From: Halocafeteria seosinensis
Taxonomy: Eukaryota
Reading direction: 5' to 3'
DNA length: 64,000 bases
Assembly (NCBI GenBank): GCA_001687465.1
Contig: LVLI01000314.1
Coordinates: forward strand, 1 to 64,000
Translations under genes and position numbers: made by a program
Part shown: piece after piece, positions 25,782 through 38,606 of the stretch
How positions within the stretch are numbered: position 1 is the first letter of the stretch
Layout of the letters: each line of letters opens with the position of its first letter
The notes under the pieces: model-generated
Seen by the model: only the letters and a program-made list of their open reading frames with translations
The model's database searches: none
What the model was told of the DNA's origin: nothing

Positions 25782-26660
25782 CTACCCTGCTGCCGGCAGG
25801 CCGATAGCCTTGTAATCCCTTACAGTATCGCTGAATGAGAGATCATATTCCTCGAGTAAACCTTTTGTCCAGACTGTCACTGCTTCCGATGTAGCCTTGT
25901 TCACTTCAAATGGCTGGAGCCCCAGAGTCAGTTTATGCAGCTCATTATCGAATGTAGCGCGTAGCGTAGCGTAGTGTAAGCGGTATAACGAGCGTAGAAC
26001 TTCAATATAGACCCAGGGATGTAGCTGGAAGCTGTAAGACATACCTTGAATGCCAGCATCTCTCAAGTTTAATATATGGAAATGTAGTTGGATTGGAAGT
26101 CCCAGCTTCTTTTGCTTTTTGTATCTTATCAAGGAATGCATTAGCGACCAACTTACCGTGATTGGTGTTGTTGAGCCAGTGACCAAACTCCGAGGGACCG
26201 TGAACACTCGAATATGGCGATATAGAGTCCCTTCTCCTGCAGATGAATTTCACCAAAATTTTTCGATTGGGAAAACGCCTTCCTGATACCTGTCGGAGTC
26301 CTCTCGTTCGCTGGTCATGTCCCATCCAAAGGCTTCATCAAATAACCTGCATTAGAGTCATACCAATGCTAGGCTATTACGTTATTGGTACTGAAAGTCC
26401 TTGTTACTCAGTTTTAACAGCAAAATAAAGTCTATCACTCTCCGCAAGGTCCGAAAAGTGGCCAACGAAGCTGGACGTTTTATTCTTTGTACTCCTATTG
26501 TTATGCATGCGTCATCGCAGAATATGCATTTTGCAACTTTTCGTTCGGTATTGCGGTTAATGCCCACATCGAAGAACGAGTATAATAACCTAGTTTTCGG
26601 TGATTTGGCGCTGATTGCTACAAACTCGTCTCGGACAATGGGCGCTTCTGCCTAGGGGAA
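25782..26660 (-). pseudogene. Decayed coding-like sequence of unknown family
   Basis: Overlapping minus-strand ORF fragments (26382-26567, 26002-26325, 25782-26207) in shifting frames. Confidence 0.25.
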
Positions 26661-27145
26661 CCCACTATCATCCCCTTCCTAGAAGAAACTCGTTATTTAT
26701 GAATAGTTAACTTACGTGTGAACCATGCTCGTACACATTGCTATTGTAAGTAAATGTACTAGGGGACAATTTAGCGAGCTCACTCGCCGAAATCTCTGTC
26801 CCGGGTTCTATTGCAGCGTCCCGGCCCTCAACGAGATCTGTATCTACAACAGTGGCACGCATCGTGTCGTTGCGCGTATCACGAGGGAATATAGATTTGT
26901 GATAACAAACCGATTGGTGGTGTTGTTGTAACCGAAAGACGAAGCGACTTGCTTAAACGAGGAGATCGGTTCCGGATAGAAACTTCGGGAACATGTGGCA
27001 TGTGATACGACCACCTTTATCCGGAGTCTTGGACAATTGACTCGAGTTTCTAGCACTTCTTGTTGGAAGACTACAGTATGCACATCACATATCTTTGGAG
27101 GTGCCGCTCTTTCTCATGAATGTAAACGTTCGAGGTAACGGAACT

Positions 27146-27216
27146 CACACACACACAAATGTGACAGATAGCCCACCGGCCGGGAAGTTGACCACATCCT
27201 CTTAACGAGGAGCGGT
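27146..27216 (-). repeat. Dispersed repeat copy 2 with (CA)n/(TG)n tail
   Basis: Matches 15151-15207 and contains the tcctc-ttaac-gagga hairpin. Confidence 0.75.
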
Positions 27217-27299
27217 ATGCGCCCGTGTTAAGCAGCGACGGGCCCGCTGTTCCTGCAGCCTTGCTGACATGCGCCGTGAGGGAACACAGCACTGGTTAT

Positions 27300-28063
27300 G
27301 AAAAGACCTGCGAGAGGCTTGTGAAGCCCCAAGTCGTCTCACGGTTGATTTCCAAGTATCCTGCTCTAAATATCAATCAAGTCGCGTTGGATTAGGTACG
27401 CCTTGATTGCACCATTGAGGATCGCGAAAGTCTTGTGGAATGGAATATATTCCGTTTGTGCTGCAGGATGGTCGAGTTCCCGTCTATAGCGCATGTCAGC
27501 AAGGTTTCAAAGAAGTGGCTCGAGTTCTTCTCGATGCCTACCCGAAGGACATCGATAAGAAGAATCCAAAAGTATGTGTGCATTCCACTAATTACTATAA
27601 GAACGGGGAACCGGACTGTCACCGAATCTGATCGTGCAGTATCATAAAACTCCACTAAGTGCATGCATCTTGAAGCGAACCACACAGAATCCACTGCACT
27701 CGGCGTCATCATCAGCACACTATAACTTTTCCCCGCCAGAGGAAATAATTGATATGCTCGTGAATAAGTGTAGCGCGGATGTCAATCGAACAGATAAGAG
27801 TCAACATACCGGCTTGCATTGGGCAGCTCATGTTGGGCATTCCAGATTCTACTGGATTGTGGACGCGCAGACGTAACAGCGAAGAACTGGGTAAGTATAT
27901 TCCTAGTATGGGCGCTGTTTCCTACTCTTCATCGTGTGTGTTTTACTGATTATTTCAGGAAGGTCGAACATCCTACGACCTCGCTGCCAAAGCTGGCTAC
28001 ACAGAAGTAGCGACGATATTGAAGGACTATATGTCTCGAGAAGCGATACAGACGTATAGTTGA
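27300..28063 (+). pseudogene. Ankyrin-repeat pseudogene retaining introns
   Basis: Ankyrin motifs DGRVPVYSACQQGFKEVARVLL, HTGLHWAAHVGH, GRTSYDLAAKAGYTEVATIL. In-frame TAG at 27393-27395 just before intron 27396-27466, and a frameshift near 27840. Confidence 0.7.
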
Positions 28064-28314
28064 AAAGGAACCCTATCCCTTGGTTTATCTCTGAACTAAC
28101 CACCATACACAGGTTAAAGGCGAAGGAGCGTCAGCTCTCTTGAGCCAAACTCCTTTTCACTACATCATTGTTTCACGGCAACTTCTCTGAAGTTGCGCAC
28201 GGTATCCCATGAACCGGCTCGTCATGCATAGCTAGAGACTATAATGCGACATCCATGCAATCTTTAGCTCTTTACAGTGTTATCCATCAGGAGTTACAGG
28301 CGCGGACGATCACT

Positions 28315-29519
28315 CTAGACTCCTTCTATAGCGTGGCGAGATCCAGCACTCTTACTGCCTTTCGATCCCAGTCCACGCTTGGAGTCTGGGCGAGATTCGA
28401 CTGTGACAATTGAAGCAGCCCTTAGAAGTAAGGAAGCTAACAGTAAGGCGACAGATTCCTTTAGTCTATGTTTGCTATCTGGATTTGATTCCAAGCTATT
28501 TTGGAGATACCGCAGTATCCTCACCATGACGTTCAGTGTATCCACAAAGCAATGTTGCTTACCGTGCTCCTCTACGCTTGCTTGGTCCAACGTTTCTTTC
28601 AACCCGTAAGTAGATCGCAGTTCAGCCACGATGTGGGAAAATCTTTCAAAAGGAAGGACTCCAGAAGACCCTTGAGTAAGGTTTGTGCGGACAATTGACT
28701 CGTTTCCAGCGGTTGCGGCCTCCTCTTCTCTGACGAACCCCTCCGACGGTCGGTTTAACATGTTGAGTGACGAACCCCTCCGACGGTCGGTTTAACATGT
28801 TGAGTGCAGTTTCAATCTTGGATGAAAAGTTTTCAGTGGTAGATGCGGCCTCTGTACCACCCTGTTTGCTAAATAAGTGCGTTGCAGCGTGAGAGAGGAC
28901 TTCGCGGGTGAAGTCCTGAGATAGGAATTGAAGCCACGTATGGTACATTTTACTCTTGCAAAACTTGCAACGTCCATTTAGAGAAGCTTCAAACGCTAAG
29001 CTGGTTTCAAGAAGCATTCCCAGGTATCCTGTGCTGCAGCAAATAACGGCGAGGGATGTTAGTTTCTGTAGATGGTGCAACTGGCCTAAGGCATCGTCAG
29101 CAGAATGTTCGTTCGTCTCATTTTCGGGACCACTCCAAATGGCAAATTGCAATAGAAACTTGACAACTCTCCCCAGGTGCTCCCCGATAAGCTGAATAAG
29201 CCTCCCGGACCTGCACGCCCAAGTCCTCGCACCGGCTACCTAAGCCCGTTTCATCCTTCTTCAAATTTAGGATATCCTGTTGCAACTTTGTAGACCAATG
29301 TCAACTCTGACAAATGCCTTGATGTCATCAGTTGCACAAGCTCGACTTATCTTACATACTTTTGGGCTTGGTCAAATCTGTTACCTTTTCGGCGGCGGCG
29401 CAAACCAGACGGTGGAACGATGCGAGCTGCTTTCTATTATTCTCCAAGTCCTCTTGTGATATCGAGTCAGTGAACAATGACTTCATGGATGGATACTGAA
29501 GAACCTCATCCGTGCTCAT
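28315..29519 (-). pseudogene. Disrupted alpha-helical protein gene of unknown family
   Basis: ATG 29519 exon plus ORFs 28646-29152 and 28315-28761, split by a 37-bp duplication. A second apparent frameshift lies near 29200. Confidence 0.5.
28731..28804. repeat. Perfect 37-bp tandem duplication
   Basis: tgacgaacccctccgacggtcggtttaacatgttgag x2. Confidence 0.95.
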
Positions 29520-29831
29520 GTTGCTTCCCAATTTGAATCACACGACCTTCAAGTTGAAGTAGGTATATCACTGACACCCACGAAGCAGATGAGTATAGAG
29601 CCCCATATTTCACTCTTGTTGGTGTTTCTGCCCCTGTAAACTCTCGTCAGACATTCATCTTACACAGTGCAGTCAAACTGTGCGCAAGAGAAAGACGAAA
29701 AGGTCTTGTAGCCCTTGTTTCAGTGGCTGAAACAGATCAGTCCGCTGGTTAGACTGCTCTATATCGCCGTATTTCAGTGAATTCTGCAAGTGTCCTAATC
29801 AAAGCAAGGAAGGAAATAAAGCACCAATAAG

Positions 29832-32134
29832 ATGCCGGTATATGACTTTAAGAGCATCGTCCCGGTGCCCGGGGCGAAAGAGATGGTTGACATCGTCCTC
29901 AGCCGAACCCAACGCAAAACTCCTACAGAGGTCCATCCGGGGTATAAGATCACTCGAATCCGTAATTTCTACATGAGGAAGGTCAAGTATGCAGCTTCGA
30001 CCTTCCACGATAAGTTGAAGCGAATACTGGATGACTTCCCACGCCTTGATGTAAGTGGCCCACTCAAATGTGGAGCGCTTGTTCGAGTCACCGCCGTAGT
30101 TCATGATGTATTTGTTGCAGGATATTCATCCTTTCTACGCCGATCTCATCAATGTCCTCTACGACCGTGATCACTACAAGCTGGCTCTGGGCCAGATTAA
30201 CATGTGCCGCAACGTCATTGATAACTTAGCAAAAGATTATGTGAAGCTTCTGAAATATGGAGACAGTCTCTTCCGCTGCAAACAACTAAAACGCGCCGCG
30301 CTAGGACGGTAAGTGTTAACTCGATTTCCTTTTCCGAAAAGATTCATCAAGTGTAGACATGATACCGCAAAATTTGATTTCTCCAGAATGTGCACCTTGA
30401 TGAAGAAACAAGGAGCGTCACTCGGCTACTTGGAAGAGGTTAGGAAACATCTTTCGCGTCTGCCAAGTATTGATCCAAATATGAGGACTTTCCTCGTAAC
30501 GGGATATCCTAATGTTGGTAAATCGTCTTTCATGAACAAGATAACTCGAGCAGAAGTTGATGTACAACCTTATGCCTTCACAACGAAGTCTCTGTTTGTG
30601 GGACACTTTGATCACAAATACGACCGATGGCAGGCGATAGACACTCCAGGTATCCTTGACCACTCCCTCGAGGACCGGAATACTATCGAAATGCAAGCGA
30701 TAACTGCTCTAGCGCATCTTCAGAGTACTGTTATCTTCTTTATAGATATAAGCCAGCAATGTGGTTACAGTATCGAGCAGCAAGTCAGTTTGCTGAAGAA
30801 CATCCAGCCTCTATTTGCGAACAAACCGCTAATGATCGTAGCGACGAAAGTAGATGCTCAACCATGGGATGATTTAGAGGAGAGTCAAAAGGACATGGTA
30901 TGTAGAAACTATATCCACGTTGGCCTGAAAAGACTGCCATACCAGCTCGTTTGACTGTCTTCAGATAATGGAAGTTGTCAAAGCTAACAAAGCGGAATTC
31001 CGGACACTAAGTAATTTTACTGAGGAAGGAGTCATGGATGTCAAAGCCAAGTCTTGTGAAATGTTATCAGCCGTTAGAGTATCACAGAAAGTGAAGTCTA
31101 AGCGTATTAATTCAGTCATGAACCGCTTGCAAGTTACAATGCCGAAGAAACGCGACAACAAAGAACGTCCCGCTCAAATCCCCGATTCCGTTGCTGCTAC
31201 GAAGAATGGGGACAATGAGCAAGAAGCTGATGAAGACGCTACCATGTCAGAAAGCCTTCATTCTATTGTCCGTGATCAGAGCATCATGGGAAGCGGTCCC
31301 GCAGGTAAAATCCTGGAGAAGGATCGCGAGCAGAGTCTTGGAGGACCCGGTGCATACTATGTTGACCACACTGCCGACTACATTCTGAAAGAAAGTGATT
31401 GGCGCCACGACGTCGTGCCAGAAATAATGGATGGAAAGAATATCGCAGACTTTATTGATCCGGATATTATGGAGAAGTTAGAGGCACTAGAGAAGGAAGA
31501 AGAAATGTTTGAACAACAGGAAGCGGAACGAGCTGCGACAGGGGCAGACCAAGAGGATGAAGAAGATGAAGAACAGAAAGCGCTAGTCGATGCAATCCGT
31601 AAGAAAAAGAAGATAATCCGTGCTAAGCATCAACGAGAAAAGGGGAAGAAAGGAAGTGTTGTCCCCCGTACGGCAAGACCACTAAGTTCAGAGGATATTG
31701 CAGCCCACTTGAAGGAGCGCAATATGGATGAATCGGAGGCAAATACCCGGGCCAAACAGATCGCCTCTCGCGAACGAAAACGAGGCCGCTCGTTGACAAG
31801 GAAGAAAGATACAACAAATGGAGACCAAGAAGACGCCGACGTAGATATGGATTTGGAAGGTGAGCAAACTGACAAGAAACGTGCACGCTCCAAATCCCGC
31901 GCTCGCTCGAAATCAGCTACTCCAAGGAGCCGCGAGTCCTCGGCCGTGGTTTCTCCAGGCGACCCTTATGCAAATATAACTCAGAAGAAGCAGGCTATCA
32001 AACACGCCAGACAAGTACAGCGGAAAGGTGCTCGTTCAGGTAAAAAGGGAGAGGCCGATCGCAGTATACCGGATCTCAAACCAAAGCATTTGAACTCTGG
32101 CAAGCGCGGTATTGGCGGAGCAGATCGTCGATAA
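29832..32134 (+). CDS. NOG1: Nucleolar GTP-binding protein 1, four exons
   Basis: [37 protein letters not shown], and C-terminal [16 protein letters not shown]. Confidence 0.97.
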
Positions 32135-32605
32135 ACTGTATGGTGGGATTACCGTTGTATTGATTCAATTCTTGGTCAAGGTTCCATATTCGAAGCTTAA
32201 ACTGATAATTCTTAGAGGAATTGTGAAACTGTCGCAACTGGTCAAACAAACAAAATTCCACAATTCCACACGGAACTGCACCGACACCACACGGCAATCA
32301 TTCCCAAAATATTAGTGTACATTGTTAAGCATAAATGCATTCTCTTTCTTTCTCCAAATGGATTCCAAGACGTCTCATCCCTGTTGGTCGCTCTCCCCTG
32401 GGTTCCCCCCACGACACCGACCTGGGGCCTTTTTGTTGAACGATCTGTCGCTTCAAGCACGATTTCGGCGTGTATGTGAAGACCCCTCCAGATATTCATC
32501 GTCTACGGTTTGTTTTGCCGATGGTGGGCGAGCTCTTCAAGCACACAGTCATTGTGGAATAGTGTCACACTGACTATCTTGTGTTATTTTTAATTTGCAA
32601 TTATA

Positions 32606-34277
32606 ATGTTGCGCCGTCCTACAGCTCCCAGAAGACTGATATCTTCATTGCCATGGAGACGGCCAAATCAAGGCCTTCATACACGCCCATTACCGTCCCA
32701 GCGCATGGCCTTTGCGGCTCTAGTATCGCAGATGGCTCCCAGTATCGAAAGGAACTCCCAGATTTCCCAGATCGGTGTAAGGAACTTACGGAATAGGAGG
32801 TTGAAAATGTGCTTCTCGAGCAGTGCTGGCGTCAACGTGAATCCCATCATTATATCGATGCCTGCACTGTCCCCGACCATGTCCAAGGGCAAGATTTCGA
32901 AGTGGAATGTTAGTGAAGGCGATGAGCTAACACCAGGGAAAGTCCTGTGCGAAATTGAAACGGATAAAGCAACTGTAGATTTCGAGAACCAGGTAGGTGC
33001 CTATAGAAGTGGTTTGCTTGGGTTTACTGGTAAATGCTGCAACATCAATGTTGCTTTTGTGTGTGCCTGTGCAGGATGAAGGATATCTGGGGAAGATTTT
33101 GCTCCCAGAAGGATCAGAGGACGTTCCCGTCGGAGACACCATTGCGTACATGGTGGAAACCAAAGAAGAGGCTGAACAGCTGGCCAACATGGATGCTATG
33201 GAAGTTAAAGGTGAAGCTAGTGCAGCGCAAACTCAAGAAAGCCCTTCTACCAGTTCGTCCGAATCTCCAAGTAGTTCATCGGCTGCTTCTTCTTCAGACG
33301 GTGCGTTTGATGGTTCTTTAGTCATGCCTTCGGCTAGACATTTACTTATTCATATGGGGGTTAATCCATCTCAAGTAAGAGGCACCGGCAAAGGAGGAAG
33401 AATTACCAAAGGGGATGTACTGGGGTATCTAGAAAGCGGTCAACCAACCACGGGCAAAGCGGATTCCCATATAACAACGTCTTCGGGGTCTCAAGCATTG
33501 CAATCCACAAGTCAACAGTCTGCAACCCCTCAACAATCCCCCTCGCAAGGAGTATCGTCTTCAACAACTAGTATCACCACTCCACGGGGAAAGTATCGAG
33601 ATGAAAAAGCTTCAGGAGTGAGGAAGGTTATTGCGCAACGCTTAACTGAGAGCAAGAGCAACAACCCGCACCTCTACGTTATTATGGACTGCCAAACGGA
33701 TAAACTAATAGCTCTAAGAAAGTCTCTAAAAGAAAGTGGCGCCAACGTGTCTATGAATGATCTTGTAGTTAAAGCGGCGGCCAAGTCTCTAAAGGACGTA
33801 CCTGAAGCTAATGTGACGTACAATCCCAGCACAGGAGAAATAGAACCATGCTCCAGTATAGATATTAGCGTCGCTGTGGCCACTGAAGGAGGTTTAATTA
33901 CCCCAATAGTGCAGAATGCAGATAAAATTGGTTTGTTGGAGATGAACGAAAACATTAAAGACCTAGCCAAACGAGCTCGTGCTGGAAAACTGCAACCTGA
34001 AGAGTATCAGGGTGGTTCGTTCACAATAAGTAATCTTGGAATGTTTGGAATCGACGAGTTTACCGCAGTAATCAACCCACCGCAAGCGTGCATCATGGCA
34101 GTAGGCCAGGGCCAGCGACATCTAAGAAGGTCTGCTGAAGGGGCTGAGCCGGAGCCTGCGACGATAATGAGTGTGCAGTTAAGTGCAGATAGGCGTGCTG
34201 TGGATGAAATGAGCAGCGGCCAGTTTCTCCAGGTATTTCAGCGATATATAGAGCAGCCTCATTTACTTGTAACGTAG
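32606..34277 (+). CDS. Pyruvate dehydrogenase complex E2-like subunit with one lipoyl domain; probably E3-binding protein (PDHX-like)
   Basis: Mitochondrial-type presequence, MPALSPTM...EIETDKAT lipoyl domain, GTGKGGRITKGDV subunit-binding domain, GGSFTISNLGMFGI core. DHR motif reads DRR. Intron 32993-33075. Confidence 0.88.
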
Positions 34278-34314
34278 GAATGCAAACAACAGGTTAACGT
34301 CTTATGCCTTTTCT

Positions 34315-34935
34315 CTATTGACTTCGTTCTCTTCGCCTGCCTCTTTCACTGAGTTCAACTCCTTCTTGTCCACCTGCCGGCGTCCGTGTCAGACGATAAC
34401 TCCATAAATCGGCGTGAGCCTTGTTATCTCGAACTACGCTTCCGCTACTGCTCTTGGTTACCAGTTGCTGGTTGCTAATGCTTCTCGGGCTTACTTTTCC
34501 GAGCACATTGTTGACACTCTTCACATTCTGAAGGTACACGTGATTCATAGAAGCCTGAGTTCTAATGCGTGGGGGGCCTTGGCTCAGTCTACTCGTCCGA
34601 GGTGAGAAGCGTTTTCCAGACTGATATAGCTCTGCCTCCTTCAAGGAAGCGGTGGAACGTTTGGGTTGAGCGTTTTCTCCCATTGGCTTGGTGGCGATAC
34701 CGTTTGCACGAGGGGATTGATTTCGCTCGGCCCTATTCACGGGCGAATTAACCCATGATTGTGGAGGGATTGTGGCCTCAGCCAGTTGCCGTTGCCGTTC
34801 TTTTCTCTTCCTCTCAGCCTTTTCTTCCCCACAACATCGGTTTCCATATTGAGAGCAATAGAATCCTATCAAAGTGCACACAACAGCCAAAATCACAAGT
34901 ATTGCCACGACCCAACCTGCGCTCAGATCTGCCAT
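34315..34935 (-). CDS. Single-pass membrane protein of unknown function
   Basis: MADLSAGWVVAILVILAVVCTLIGFY TM segment, Cys cluster, basic tail. Confidence 0.55.
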   Translation of the reverse strand: MADLSAGWVVAILVILAVVCTLIGFYCSQYGNRCCGEEKAERKRKERQRQLAEATIPPQSWVNSPVNRAERNQSPRANGIATKPMGENAQPKRSTASLKEAELYQSGKRFSPRTSRLSQGPPRIRTQASMNHVYLQNVKSVNNVLGKVSPRSISNQQLVTKSSSGSVVRDNKAHADLWSYRLTRTPAGGQEGVELSERGRRRERSQ

Positions 34936-35638
34936 CTCTGTCTTCCCCGGGGGACAACGGGCTACAAGATACCTGCAAGTATGTACACGGGGATATACAT
35001 AGTACGCGATGTGATCATCATTCTTCACATGTAATTTACAATGCTTAAGCGTTTGGACTGCCTTATAGACTGCCAGGCGCTGCATAGGGTATGGCCAACG
35101 GCTGTACCGACGGTGGCTGCCGTTAGGTTGAGTGAGGCCTTGGGAAAGTCCACAGTCACTGGCACAGTGGGACCCTCTGACTCCCAAACAAAAAGCATCT
35201 CATTAATCTGCGTTAAAGCCCTGACTAGTACGAGTAGAACTCCGAGGTTTGTACCACTGCACTTGGTATACTGTAGTCAACGCTCTCGATACAACCGCCT
35301 TGAAACTGTGAAACAGTGTGAAAGCTTTCAAAAGGAACCCGTATAGTTTAAACAAGTGTCACATGGTACTCGTAAATGCTTGTGTGAAGCAACTATATGG
35401 TTTTATACAAAACTACAAAAGCTTCCATTAACTATTCTTGAAGAGAAAGAAAGGAGACAGATGCAACGACGATGGTGCTTGTAGTAGCATGACTGTTGGG
35501 ATCGGTGAATGTTACAAGCAGATGCATAAGTGTGATTGATATACGCTGCACAACGCAATTACTTCATTTGCGTTCACATAAGCAGGAACGTACCCAAACA
35601 CTTTACCCAATGAGAGTATGTTACGACTAAGCATTGGA

Positions 35639-37027
35639 TTAAGCATACAGCCATGCTCTCAGAATGGATTCAACAGCCATCCTTGCTCCAGACTGCGCTG
35701 TAAGCACTTCATGGGCCAACGCATTAGTGTTGTCACGATAAAAGCTATAATTGTGACTGATCGTACTCAAAACATGTGCCAGAGATCTTCGTACTTCGTG
35801 CAAGGAACCGCATGCCAACACTTCCCCCAATCCAGTTTGCTCTACAAACTCTCCCCATTGTTCCTGGTCATAGGCAACAGGGTAAACAATTTGCGGCTTT
35901 CTCGACATTATTGTTGTTACGACTGATCCAGCTCCACCGTGATGCAAGACGACCAGCCCATGTTGGAAAATATTTAGTTGAGGCACAGGCCCCGTTAGAA
36001 GCCATAAGGACGTTGGTGTTAGACTACTGTCAGAGTCCGTCTCCATACTACTCTTGAACAGCAAGTTCTTTCCGTCCAAAAAGCCGCGGTAAAGTCCTGG
36101 ATCACCTTCGGTTTGGTGAAGGAGCACTCCATTCGTAGGCATGGAGGAAGAAAGGTCTACGAGTGTGTCCAGCCACTCCGAGCCAGCAGTTTGAAAAACT
36201 GAAAGTGATTCCATAGAACCTAATGTCACTACCAGTCTGAACAAGTCGTTTTTGCAGTATGTTCCTATCTTATGTAGAATACGCCGTACTTCGTCGCTAC
36301 CACATTGCTTGTTCGGCATGACTGTGCACTGACCTGTGAAATAGACTCCGTGAGGGATTTCTGTACTAGGACACATGCTCCGGCTCATCCCTAGCAGAAT
36401 AGGTATCGTGGGAAATTTTCTTCCCCAAAAGGGAAGACTAGGCAGCGCCTGACGTTTTCTGAATTCCAAGTATCGCTGTGACAAAACATGTCCCATCCAA
36501 TAAGAGACTTGGTCAAGGGTGCACTCTGAACCCTCAATGTACCGAGCCCAACCGGGAAACTGTTGCACAAGCTTTCGAATCCGGTTCCTGCTGCTACGGA
36601 CAGCATTATGAGGTGGGATGGACGGCGAGAAAATTGCAAAATTGCATCCGTTCGACTCAGCCGCATGAAATGCGAACGCACTAAAAAAATTGACCACAAC
36701 ACCGCTTATGCTGTAGTCCGCAATGAGTTGCAAAATGGTTTGCAGCCCTTCTTGCTCGACGTTCTCCGTCTGTTCTTCCGCAGATAGGAGAGGTCCATAC
36801 CGGTCCTCTACGATATTGAGACCGTCTATTTGGGTTAAATATCCCAGAGTCTTCGGGATCCCTTTGGAGACAAGAACTACCACCTCCCGCAACTTTTTGA
36901 TTTCGGCTGTTGCCTGTTCTTTACCACCGCCATCATCGGGATGATATACTTCTGCTTCCTTGGCTACGTGCACCAGGGGAAGCGCGTCGCCTATGGAACC
37001 TAATGCTACAAACAGCCATGCCTCCAT
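35639..37027 (-). CDS. GT1-family UDP-glycosyltransferase (sterol glucosyltransferase-like fold)
   Basis: ALGSIGDALP N-terminal motif, VTLGSM, and HHGGAGS...PQIVYPVAYDQEQWG nucleotide-sugar binding motif. Confidence 0.85.
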   Translation of the reverse strand: MEAWLFVALGSIGDALPLVHVAKEAEVYHPDDGGGKEQATAEIKKLREVVVLVSKGIPKTLGYLTQIDGLNIVEDRYGPLLSAEEQTENVEQEGLQTILQLIADYSISGVVVNFFSAFAFHAAESNGCNFAIFSPSIPPHNAVRSSRNRIRKLVQQFPGWARYIEGSECTLDQVSYWMGHVLSQRYLEFRKRQALPSLPFWGRKFPTIPILLGMSRSMCPSTEIPHGVYFTGQCTVMPNKQCGSDEVRRILHKIGTYCKNDLFRLVVTLGSMESLSVFQTAGSEWLDTLVDLSSSMPTNGVLLHQTEGDPGLYRGFLDGKNLLFKSSMETDSDSSLTPTSLWLLTGPVPQLNIFQHGLVVLHHGGAGSVVTTIMSRKPQIVYPVAYDQEQWGEFVEQTGLGEVLACGSLHEVRRSLAHVLSTISHNYSFYRDNTNALAHEVLTAQSGARMAVESILRAWLYA

Positions 37028-37348
37028 CAAACTCTCAGTTTTTCACACTCACAATGCAGTCATTACGTACGAATTCCCGGCCAAGCAATGCTCTTTCATC
37101 CATGCGTGATTAAACAGGCGCACAATGCACACATACGTACTAGTATCAATGCCTTACGACACTCCATGTGTGATGTACGGCGTCGCTCCAATAAGGCAAT
37201 AAAATGAGCTTGCACCCCAATCTTCACATTGCCGGCGTACACCATAGAGTACCGTGTCTGCGGCTTGTTCGTTGAGTCCATGGTTCATTTCATTGGCCGA
37301 AGCAAGCATAGATAGTTGTATTCGATCCTGAAGGGAGAAGAATGCAAA

Positions 37349-38606
37349 ATGGATGAAGAAATCCTGGAGTCCACCTGGGAAGCACTGAGACAGGAGACTG
37401 GCATCGATAGTTCAGCACCACCACAGCAATCACAGCAGCATTCTTACTCGGAGCAAGGAAAGGAGCAGCCTCCTGTTGTGTCCCGCGTAGAAAATGAGGA
37501 AACATCGGACGCCAAACCGTCTCAATCATCATCTGCAAAGAAACTAACCCCGGCTCAGCGCAAGGAATTGAGGTATGTGTGGTGTGCTTAATGATGTTAC
37601 AGTACGCAAAACGATGCTTTGTTTGATGAATTACAGGAAGAAGAAGCTACAAGAGCGTGGCGAAAACAGACTGAATGAAATCCGAGGACTCTTGGGGAAA
37701 ACTCCATCAAGTGCTCCTGAGCCTGAAGCAGAAACTCGCGATACAGAGGAACGTCCAACCTGTACACCAAGCTTCTCCGAACCTAGGCAAGCATTTCATG
37801 CAACGCACCATGGAGAGAGCTCACAGTATTCCACTCAACAGGATCATAAAGCTTCCCAGATTCCAACAAACTTGGGCAAGGATCTCAAACAGGAGGGTAC
37901 CCAGGCCAATATCGAGTCCTCCACCTCAGCTAGACCGCTAAATGGCGATACGGTACAAACAGAAGAAATATCTAAACCTTCCAGTATGATTGACAACATA
38001 AAAGCGATTTGGAAAGCAGAATCTTCTGAACGCATATTCACAGTGCTTAAATGGGTGTTGCTGGTGCTGGGTGCTGTGTATTGCGGTCTCCAGTTGCCTC
38101 ATTGCACTGTTGAGTCCGATGCTCAGTGGTTTTGGGAGCATTCTCGAGTACATGGTGATACTATATTTGCTCCTCGATATCTGACTGTATTTCGTCTACA
38201 ACAGGCTCAACATTCCATGCCAGAACATCTGCAGAATGCTCACCAGGCGGCGGTGCTGAAAGATCAAGAGGCGTTCTCAATGGACTCAGCGCTTTGCCAT
38301 TTGAATCACTACATCGAAGAAAGCAGCTGGTTACCTTTGTCGTATCCGCTCTTGATTATCGCAAGTATTGAACTGTGTAAGAGTATCAGTAAACAAGTAA
38401 TACTATGGCAAAGCGCGGGACACGTTTCATGGAATTTCTCTAGCGTTTCTGGACTGGACATGTTGAGTTTTTTGCACCAATGGTTGTGGCCACTGATGGA
38501 GCGATGGAACGGCATCATTTCTGAAATAGCGTTTTTTGTTGTATGCTCCGTTATAACGGCATCTATCCTCGATGCATACTCGTCTGATGTGTTAAATTTC
38601 CAGTGA
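37349..38606 (+). CDS. Get2/CAML-like ER membrane protein, two exons
   Basis: After removing intron 37574-37636: QRKELRKKKLQERGENRLNEIRG basic motif, disordered linker, about three C-terminal hydrophobic segments. Confidence 0.55.

Noticed and set aside
27208..27260. gagcggtatgcg resembling group II intron domain V
   Set aside because: The complementary 3' arm of domain V is absent.
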